Assembly (NCBI GenBank): GCA_004764695.1
Contig: SMSO01000032.1
Coordinates: 6,170,483 to 6,234,482, forward strand
Origin: Schizochytrium sp. TIO01
Lineage: Eukaryota; Protista; Bigyra: Labyrinthulomycetes
Direction: 5' to 3'
Length of the DNA stretch: 64,000 nucleotides
Part shown: positions 54,232-64,000 of the stretch, piece after piece
Layout: the number at the start of each line of letters is the position of its first letter
How positions within the stretch are numbered: position 1 is the stretch's first letter
Notes under the pieces: model-generated
Told to the model about the DNA's origin: nothing
The model's database searches: none
The model's input: the letters and a program-made list of their open reading frames with translations, nothing else
Position numbers and translations under genes: made by a program

Positions 54232-56442
54232 TTTAAATGGGTTCTGTACGATCCAAGACTTAGACAGACGAAATGCAACAGTGGGCTATCGTCGGGATTT
54301 GTTGATTGCTTCTAGCAGATAAGCTTGGGGTTTTCGATGTAGCTTTTCGATGGGTTCTGATGTGTAATCTGGTTTAATCTTGAAGCGGTCTTTGTTTTGT
54401 TTGTCTGTACTTTCTTGACCAACCTTCTGTCTGAGCTCTTCGACCGATAAGTGAAACTCAATTATGGCTCTTCAGGGTGACTGCAAGGCGTACACGATTG
54501 TGTCTTGCCTTGTCGGGGTGTTGACGAGAACACGAGAAACTCTAAAGGTATGTGCAAGCACGCCACTCGATGAAGCCACGATAAGTGAGGGATTGGACTG
54601 GGATGCTCAAGCGATGTGACAAGGCGATCCTAGGCGCACGACGGACTACGTCGAGTATATTCCTGGTCCGGGGTCTCACGAAGAGGCCTATGAAAGGCAC
54701 AGCGGTCGGTGCCGCGGTTGCGGAAGACGCGGCAGGAGAGGACCGGGCGAGCGCGGGGAAGGCTGGAAAAATGTTTCTGTTCTGGTGTCTTTTGGGTTGT
54801 TGGCTGTCTGACTCAGAGTGAGTGAACGAGAATGAATGAACAAATAAAACTTTATACATCTACCAGAAACTTTAAAAACAAATTGGTTTTCATTTTTTAA
54901 TAGCTTTAAAAGTTATCTTTAAAAGGTAAAAAAGCATCTTCCCTTTCTTTTTCGCTTCGCGTGAAAGAGAGATATTGCAAAAGAGCGGGGTCAAATAAAC
55001 TCCCTTTTGATTTTCAATTAAAAAATAGATAAAGTAGAATGACAACATTATTAAAAAAAAAAAAAAAAAACTTATTTAAAAAAAAACTGTCTACTTATTA
55101 TAACTTCCACTCAACTTTCGGCTCAATATAGTGAAGTTTAGTTTGAAGAAGAATTATGGAATCAGTGCGCAAAAGAGCAGCCTGAGACGTACCCAACCTT
55201 CTACCCGACTAAATCAAGCATCAAGCACACAGTAGAGGAGGCAGTGACGAAACATCGACCGGCTGACGATGTGGCTGAAGCTTTCTGTAGTATAGTTGTA
55301 TAGATAGGCAGGTCATAGACAGATCGATAGACCCGGAGTCTTTTCCGTAGGAGGTACTTTATTCTTACTTTCGTTTCCAAAGAGCGAAAATCATCATTCT
55401 TGTCTTAAATTAAAAATTGAATCCGTCTATAACAGTGCCGAGCGTCTTAAGCGTGTTTTTTATTTGTTTATTTGTTTATTGATAAAAATAAAAAGTATAG
55501 CCTGTGCTACTACAGAAAAACGAGAGAAGGCGTGCTTGCGTGCCTGTCAAGGGGAAATGAAATGGTTTCTGAAAAGGAAACTACTGCTGAGCAAAGTGGG
55601 GTAGTTCCCTTTTCGCTTTGAGACCAAGGCGGATTCAGATTCGCTTGCTTTCGTTGTGTTATCATAACAAGGTACCTACTACGGCAGCGCCATGCTTTGT
55701 GTGGTAGGTACCTACTACACGTTCTGAAGTCTTTGCGCTGGTTGTCGTTTTGACGATGATGGTTTATCATCTTTTTTAGTTAAATCATTTAAATTAATAT
55801 AAATAATATAAATAAATAAATAAGAATTATTATCATAGTGAACATGATGAAACTTTTTAGGAGAAAAAAATACATGTTCTTTAACTAAAATACACTCAGG
55901 GAGTTGATCATCTGAAATTAATAGGTTTCTCACTGCTCCGCTACCTATGGGAGCTTGCACTCTTTCCCACGTCTAGGACCTAAGTGGAACCTTGGTTGCT
56001 ATTTAATAGCTTCTGTTGGTATGAGTTATGTTCGTGGAGCGATTAAGTCATCTTTCACGTACGCACCTACTTACTTTTGTTTTTATTTTTGTTTAAATCA
56101 AAGCTTTTAATGTAAATGGCAGAAACCTAAACAAATAAATTAAAAAAGACTGGAAAACTTCTACCTAGCCACCTATCGCAGAGTTAATGATTATTATATG
56201 GTCATGGCTCCTCTTGGCGACTATTTCTGAGAGATAGATCGTAGACAGCCGCCGTACTACGAGTATGATCATAAGTTCAACTCTGCTTCTTTCCCCATCT
56301 CTCAAAACGCGACCCATGAGCATTTTGAGAACCTCCTCTTCCGCTCCTTCGACTGCTTCTAACTTATTCTTTCCATAGACAGGTCGGAAACCTTCCACGA
56401 GTAGAAACTAACAACACACTGAATGAACAAACAGTATACAAA

Positions 56443-56610
56443 CAATCAATCGATCAATGAATGAATCAATCAATGAATCAATCAATCAATGAATCAATCA
56501 ATCAATGAATCAATGAATCAATCAATAATCAATGGACCAATCGATCAATAGTTCAATGGTTCAATCGATCAATTGATCAATTGATCAATCAATCAAAATC
56601 AATCAATCAG
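56443..56610. repeat. compound (CAAT/GAAT/CGAT)n tetranucleotide tract, ~170 bp
   Basis: Read directly from the sequence. Confidence 0.95.
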
Positions 56611-59600
56611 TCATCCATGAAGCAGGTCTGGAACTCTCTTCTTCCTAGTTACCAGAGCTAGCAAAACAGAGCGAACAGAGCAAGCAAAAGCAAACACAAA
56701 GTGCATCTAGCAACCAAAAGGCGGAAGCGGCAGCACCCACGAGAACACATGGTAAAGAACGAAACGTGCACACTACAATAAATACAAGTATCGTGACGGG
56801 GCTACGCTTCGGGGACCTGAACTTGAGTCCGATAATTCTTTTCCGCTTTGCAGCTCTGCTCTCACAAGCAAGCAAACTAAATGAGAACCATTGCAGGTGC
56901 AGCACCTAGACATGCCGGAGACAACCAAAGCTGCTATCACCAATACTCGGCAGCCCCAGTACGAGGAGCTTCAACTCAAGAATGGTGAGCCTTCAGAATC
57001 CAGGCTGTTAGTTGCCTCAGGTCTCCAACCTGTAGAGGTCAGGGCTCTTGCAAAACTTGTATGTGGCCTTTCGAGGGCCGACAGAGAGATGAGAGGATTG
57101 GCCCCATTAAGGGTAGTACGCACTCATTCACTCATTCATCAGTTTGTGTATTGTGTTGATTCACCCGCTCACTAGTAGCTTGCTTGATTGATGGGATAAT
57201 GAACCAACCCGTTTGAGATCTGATGTGACAGCTGTCAATTCAAGGTACTGACTTCTCGATGGTTATCTTTGCGATGCAGACGAAGTAGGAGAGATGCGTG
57301 AACGCAGATTTTCATAGCTCGTTCTACTCAACCTTCAAATGATCTTGAAATCTGAAAAGAGCGCATCTTCTAGCGAAAGCTTTAAATAGGCCACTTTAGT
57401 CAGCCTGCTGTAAAGATGAGTGCGCTTGATCTTGAGTTTCTAGTGCCTAGCTTCTTCTTCACTTACGAGTTGCCAATACAGGTCAACAGAGTGAAGATGC
57501 TCTTCATTTTGTTTGAGAGCGAGCATATGAATTTCAATAGATTGCAATGGACGCAGTGGATGTTGTCCGAATTGATTGGAACTCCCGTCAGTGATCTATT
57601 TCTCTATTAAACCCGTTTCTAAGTTCAATCTGTTCGAAGGTGTTCGACGGTGATCTCCTCAGGTTTTTCCCAGTTCGTTAATCAATCGTGGTACCTGCCT
57701 ACCTAGTTTTTATTCTTACGTTCTTCTAATCATAGATCCACAATATACAAACACTTAGATTCTTTTTTTTTTTTTTTTTTTTTTCAATTTATGAAGAAGA
57801 ATTTTTTAAAGAAGCTTTTCTTCTTTAAAAGTTGATTTTCCGATTTATTTTATTTTATTTGTTGGTGAATGAAAAGAAAGAATAATTTATTTCTAAATAA
57901 AATACACGATTATAGAGTGCGTATGCCGCCAGCAGCCTAAGTGTGGTTGGTCACTAACAATCACAAGCGAAGCAAAGTACGTTGAGAGAAAGGCAGGTGA
58001 GCACGCAAGTTTCGCACGAAATCATGCGAGCTCTGCACAATAGACTGCCACCGCTGTGCAGCGCTGACGATGACGACTGGTGAATTGGATGTGCGAACGA
58101 CGCCGTCCAACTTCATCGAGAAGTCTCGTAGCTCACTCACCTCTTTCCACTTTCATCTCTCTCCAACTGATACTGCCTAGGAAGTAATAATGTTTATCCT
58201 AATTTTCACTTTTAAAACTCTGTCGTTCTGCTCGTCCCATGTTTGTCACATGAGAGTTAGTTAGTTGTTACACGTTCGATTGATTGAACAGTTGATCGCT
58301 GAGAAACCTGTGTCTCTTATGCCCACGGTCGAATGCTATTGTAATTCTATCTTCGATTTTGCCGCTAAGGAATTAGGAATAAGTCGCACTTAGCACCTAC
58401 AAGGTAATTGCTTGTTTGTCAATCACAGCATCATCGATTCGCCTCAGTGGAGAAAGTTGAGCATCAGTGCGGCTAAGCAGGTGCTAATTCTATTTCGACT
58501 TGGAATTATGATTGCAGAAGCAGTAGCCTACAGCAGCAGTAAGTTTCGGAACTATTGTGATCGTATACTATGCTTTCTACCTCTACTACTTTGGGTTGGA
58601 GCGAATTAATGGACCGCTCATTAGCACTGCAACTAGGTACAAGTGTCTTGGTGCGGCGCTTTCACACATCCGTCACTTAGGTTTTGACTTGAAAAGCTTG
58701 GTTCTCACTTGAGCATTTGCTCCCAAGCGCACTCCCCCTTCAGGCTGCGAGGCCATGTGAACAGTCCAGGCGGGGTGAATTGTTTGAAGGTACGATTATG
58801 GCAGTGGTATAGGTTTGCTGCAAACGCAAGTGATGAATCATCTTCTTACTAGCTTGGAATCCCGTGCAAACCTTTGCGAATGTCAGATCTCCTCACCGAC
58901 AAACGAAGACTCAAGGGTATCATCTAGGGCTGCGGAAGGCTTATCTTTCAGCTGAAGCAGTTGCATTGCTTTAATCAACATTTAGCACATCCAAGTGAGC
59001 ATAAAATGGTTAGAATATTGCTGACGAATACGGCGGGTGCTGATTCTGTTAAATTTAGATTCTTTGTCGAGTTGCATTCTAAAACATGTACTGTGCAACC
59101 AGATCAGTTCAACATATGCACATCTGCTACAGCTTCAGCATAAAGTAATCCTTTTAATAATAGAAAGACCCTTGGATCTTGGGAAGGACGCCTAACTTTC
59201 AATCATATTGCCACCACTAGCAAACCGAACTCAGTCGGTTTGGGTGCGACATTGGCACTCCTTGTTAAAAATTGAGGCCTGGTAGGGTTAGTGCTGCTAG
59301 ATTTTAGTGTTATTTGTGAAGAGGCTCAAAGTAAACACTGGCTCCATTTGTATGTAAATGTCCTAACTTACCTATCTCTTATATAGAGCTGGCGTCATAG
59401 CCGAAACAATTATTTCAACCTTCATCTTTACGTTTTATGAAATGCCCTACCAATAGGCAATGGTTAGCTGGCTAAGTAGAATATGCTTAGCTTTTCTAGC
59501 TGAATAGATTTTGCTTGTGTAACCAGACTTCCTGTGAAGAGAGATTTTATCCTGTACAACACAACACTCCTCATAGAAAATGTGCCAAATAATTAAAACC

Positions 59601-62049
59601 ATACATCATATGGTTTTTGTGTAGAAGGAGAGGGAAATTAAGATGGTAGTCTTCTTGGTTCATATTCAGGCCCTCAAGTCCTCTCAAAATAAGTCAATAA
59701 TGGATTGTATAGCCTGCAACATAGTAGATTTCAACCTTTTAAACAACAAACATTAGAAAACTTTCCATGAGAGGAGACGTCTTGTGGAAAATATGCTAGA
59801 CAGAAAGGCAAGTATAAGAGGCGATATTTACTAATTTTCATATCCTATATCGACACTGCGAGATTGCAGTGCAAATTCATGCATCCAATCATTCAGTCGT
59901 CGCCACCATATGATGGCGAACATAGCAAGCTCCATTGGCAACAATGCATGCGCCTCAACGTTCGCCCTAATAGAATAGAGTATATCCCCTTATGAATTGG
60001 GTGTGAGTTGCAAGAGTTTGGCCAGCAGACATTGGAGTGAATTGTGTTAAGCTTAGTTTGCACAGTTTCGATGTAAACAGTGTTGCTACTCTACGAGAAC
60101 GTCTCCGACGTGTCTTGAAGCTGGCCAATTATTTATTAGCGCTGCACTTTTCCATGAGAAAACTGGATTTTGAACAGTAGTAAAGTTTTATCGTTCTTCA
60201 AAACGTTTTGAAGACGCGAATTGTTCAAAACGTTTTTTAGGTTTAAAATATTCAATCACTCTTAGGTTTTCTGATATTACAGCATTATTAATTTATTAAG
60301 AAATAAAGAAATAAAGAAATAAACTTTTAAAAATGAAAAAACTCCGCAAAGTTAATCATGCTCCTTATATCATGAAAATATGGAATAAAATACGCCCGCT
60401 TAAAAAGAAAAAGAAAACAACAAGAAAAGAAAACAACATAAAAGAATACATGAGATACACCTACACAGAAAAGTTTTAAAAAATTAATATTCGGAAGGAT
60501 GCGAGTTTTCGCCAGTTTCGCGCTGGAAGAAGAAGGAAAGCAAAACCGATGGTGAACGAACCAGACCCACCCAGAAGAACGCCTTCCACGCCTTCCCCTT
60601 CGCTTCTGAACCCCTATAATAGAATAACTCCGCCTTGTAGCCTTCTGCAGCCAGTGTCTGCTCCTCGCCAGCACCCTGGCTATCTCCATCTATTCGTCTC
60701 TGGAGTGTAATCTCGAAAGCCAAGAGTGTTTTGCGCCTCCAAGGCCCGTGCTGAGGCGCCCTTGCTCGCATTTTAAAAGGCTGGCTACTGCGGGGAAGTG
60801 GGCACCAATATGGGGGAACCCGTAACAGCGCGCGGCACCCCGACAAACGACCCATCATAGGTGCTTTGCACCACAAAGATCTGAAGGCGCCATTCGTGCG
60901 AACCACAGAACAGCAGATCTTGCCACACCCTAAGCTTCGTCGGTAGAAGGTTTGGTTTATCTGCAGCTAGCTATCTCCATGAGAGAGGCGATTCAGTACT
61001 TCGCAGGTACTCTGTGGATTGTTTGCGGCGGGGTTCTTGAAATGACAGAATGTGGGTATATTTGGATTTGGACGAGCTTTGAATGGGCGTATAAATACTA
61101 CGCGCGAGTACTTTTATATTAAACAAGTACAAAAGATGACGATGGGCTTCTTCCGCGAGCTCGCAAGCACATCATCCGCGAGCAATCGAATTATTTGCAA
61201 ACTGCCTCTGTGAACAACTCAAAATGAGAAATCTCCGTTCCGAGGTGACCAGTTTCCAAGAAGAAGCCACAGAAACGCAGCTATGGAAACAAACCAAAGT
61301 CTCGCTATTAAGTTATCAATGCATCCAAGTGGCATATGCCGTCATCTAAATCTTGCAATGATGATCAACGGGTTTGCTGTAAGTCTGAACACTATGTAGC
61401 TCTAAATGTATTACATTATCTCATTCTACCTGCTACGCAGGCAACCATCACAATTTCTAGCAGTTCCACTCCCAAATCATCATGGTCTCGAACTTCCGAG
61501 ACGCTTCAGATGCAGCTGTGCTTTCCTTACTCACTGGTTCTTGTGTTGCTGGTCCTGTTTTCAACTGTCTTTCCTATTTCTAAAATCCAATGGGGATAAG
61601 GCCTAACAATGTTCTTAATACTGTTATAGTATGTTTACACACCTCGTGCTATCTAGTTTTTGGAGTTGTGGCAGATCCAAAGGCTGTCCCATCCTTATCA
61701 TAGAATATACCCACTGGCGTCTTAACCATGATACTGATCTGTTTATGGTCTCCAGCCCCCACGCATGCCGTTTAAAAGAAAAATGTAATGAGGGAAATGA
61801 AGATATTTTTAACTTTCAAGCGCTGGTTCGTGGCAGAGTATTTCTGCCAAACATCTTGAAATGATCAAATAAGCAAGCCTGTTTAGAAGAATAAAAAATA
61901 TTAGTTGGTTGGTATGCGAATCGTTTCATCCTACCTGCGGTGAAGAGATGGCTTGCTGAAGACCAGCACAGTACCATTTCATCATTATATTCATAATATT
62001 TACGTCTCGCGCTTCACGTAATCGGCAAAGCCACGGTATATCATGGAAT

Positions 62050-62745
62050 TTCACATGCTCGTTGCCGTGCCTCAGATGATGCTGATGAACAGTTCAAGTT
62101 CTTACACCTCCGAAGCCCAATGGCCTTTTAAAAATGGATCTGTTCCCGAGCAACCATATCTAAAGTTGCGTCATCACACATGCACGTTCACAATGTCTCT
62201 GGCATCGAGCTGATCCTGCAATTCTATCGTGCTCCTGCGTAAAACCAGCCTGCCATAAAAGCCATCAAAGTACCCAGGCGTGATCTTCTCCAGCCCTTTT
62301 GAGGGGCTTTTCAAGCTCCTCAATTTATAGACAGCCACCTTGCAAGAATCCCGTCTCCAATTCTGCTATCTCGTCGCATTCTTCTGCATCAACCATATTG
62401 GCCATGACCGAACCTTTGCCAAGCCACCTCTACCATCGCTAAGAGAACCACTAGCCTAAGCGCCCTTTTGTTATGACCATCTCCCAGAGCTCTAGGACCT
62501 CCTACCGGCTGATAGCAGCCCCTAACAGGTAGCCGTAGTTGGCGGGAAGAGAACAATATGCCCGACATTACCCCGCTCGGGGTTCTTCTCGTCCCCGACG
62601 CCGCCGGCGACGTCAGCAATCAGTGGCGGAGCTTTATAAGTCGAGGATGCGGCAGAAGGCTCTTTGGAGCTGACTTTGGCCAGGTTTGAAGCGATATTGC
62701 CTCAGTTTATAGAAGTTGGATCTTGACACTCCCGCCTTTGGTCAC
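62050..62745 (-). mobile_element. degenerate L1/Tx1-like LINE RT relic (RT domains 5-7 and thumb)
   Basis: Ordered relics: GSVKIQLL (before the YADD position), SQLQRAFCRILDL*SSAT, YGYLLGAAISR*EVLELWEMVITKGRLG*W (cf. YLG..h......W..++.K+..RL..W), LGKGSVMANMV, MVAREQI and RPLGFGGV. Confidence 0.62.
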
Positions 62746-64000
62746 TCAACTTGAAGGTTCAAAGTTCTTCTTAGATGCTCCCTGGAATTCAAAATTGTTT
62801 TCTACCTACCTTTATTGCTACGAGTTTGCTACTACTTTATTAATCCAAGTTGGTTTTTACTTTTACTTGTTTACCTTTTTATTAATTAAAAACTATTTTT
62901 TTAAATATAAATAAATAATGTTGTATAAATAATGATTTTTTTTATTTTATTTTTTATGAGCGGGAGAAAAAAGGGAGTAATGGTGATCAATATGCGAAGC
63001 TGAAAAGCTTTAGTACTTTTTATTTTCTTTCATTTCAAAATTTAAATGATCGATCATTCTTTTTTTTTTTTTTTTCTTTTTTTCTTTTTTAAATAGCCGC
63101 ATAGAGATGTTTGCACTTCGTTTCTAATTTAAATAGGGAGGAGGCTATCATAGCGAAAACATGTATGACATGGGGAATCAATGACTAAGTAAATAGGCCA
63201 TATGCCGTGAACGAGGTATTTTATTCGATTTAAAAAAAAAAACTCTTTTTTCTCTAAGTTCAGAAGGCAGAGCCATTCAGCGGCTGTGCAAGAAATGATT
63301 ATATTAACAGCTCAATATATAACACTTTGATGTTTAAGAAATTGGTCCCTGAGAGCTCGCTCCGGCTATGCCTAGGTACTCCTAGCACTGCTTTATCCTG
63401 GTCATGGTATTAGACTGACATACAATGTATGATGATAAACCACAGACTATTGGTGATTTATTTATTTTATAGAAGAAAAAGAGTAAAAATAGAGCTACAC
63501 AGACAAGTATCTTTAATAAAATTATAAAAAGAAGGCAAATATATATATATGCTGCTTCTCGTTTTCGTGACCCAGCAATTAAAACCGACTTGTATCTTCT
63601 TCATGTTCTTTGTAAACATGATGTACGTAAATATTACAAAAAATACAGGCAATGGCCCAATTCGGTCCCATGGCATTTGCTGTTCCAGTCAAATGTTTGA
63701 TCGACCACACAAAACGATTGCGAAGATCAAGCGCAAGTATGACAAAATCAAAACTGCCTATAGCTCGCTCATTCTTGAAGCTTATATTGTTAATTCAACT
63801 CGAACGTATTCAGGTATGTAGAAGAGCAGTATTATTTCGCTCCTTCCTTGAGATGCTGAAGGGTTCTCAACTACCTAGTAGTACCTACTACTACCTTTAT
63901 AATTTTCCCCCGCTTCATCTTCTTTCTTGAAATAATGTTTTTCTAAAACAGTTTTCTAAATTTAAATCTGTATATTATTTCTAAATTAGGTTAGGAGTTG

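Noticed and set aside
60484-60906. 140-aa GC-rich minus-strand ORF
   Set aside because: Non-ATG start and no recognisable motif; probably another decayed fragment that I cannot identify.
62090-62130. KAIGLRRCKNL as tyrosine recombinase box I
   Set aside because: The adjacent frame gives RPLGFGGV, which fits the surrounding LINE motifs; no H-x-x-R or catalytic Tyr found.
1-64000. Prokaryotic operon, defence island, CRISPR, rRNA or tRNA interpretation
   Set aside because: Gene content, spacing and microsatellites are eukaryotic. No repeat-spacer array or structural RNA was recognised by eye; tRNAscan-SE and Infernal were not run.

Overview
Eukaryotic genomic window with apparently intronless genes separated by long, microsatellite-rich spacers. 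Gene content and architecture suggest a thraustochytrid/labyrinthulomycete-type stramenopile (inference only). Ten intact CDSs are supported: a protein with a VHL-beta-like C-terminus, a PhaA/AtoB-like thiolase, an S10 serine carboxypeptidase, a WDR62/MAPKBP1-like WD40 protein, GUCD1, a KA1-like/ARM-like protein, a small highly codon-biased orphan, a large probably myristoylated EF-hand protein, a 2-TM/HAMP class III cyclase with Cya2-type guanylyl-cyclase residues, and a Zn2Cys6 transcription factor with Ert1/Rds2-like features. The spacers (2.1-9.0, 10.4-13.5, 23-38 and 54.3-64 kb) hold heavily mutated non-LTR retrotransposon relics (RTE-like and L1/Tx1-like) and other decayed coding sequence. 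They also show three patterns read by eye: strong TAG/CTAG/TAGGTA enrichment suggesting RIP-like CpA->TpA mutation, pervasive 4-bp-unit tandem duplication, and low-complexity islands recurring roughly every 0.5-1.1 kb. No rRNA, tRNA or CRISPR array was recognised. All family calls rest on motif recognition by eye, not on database searches.
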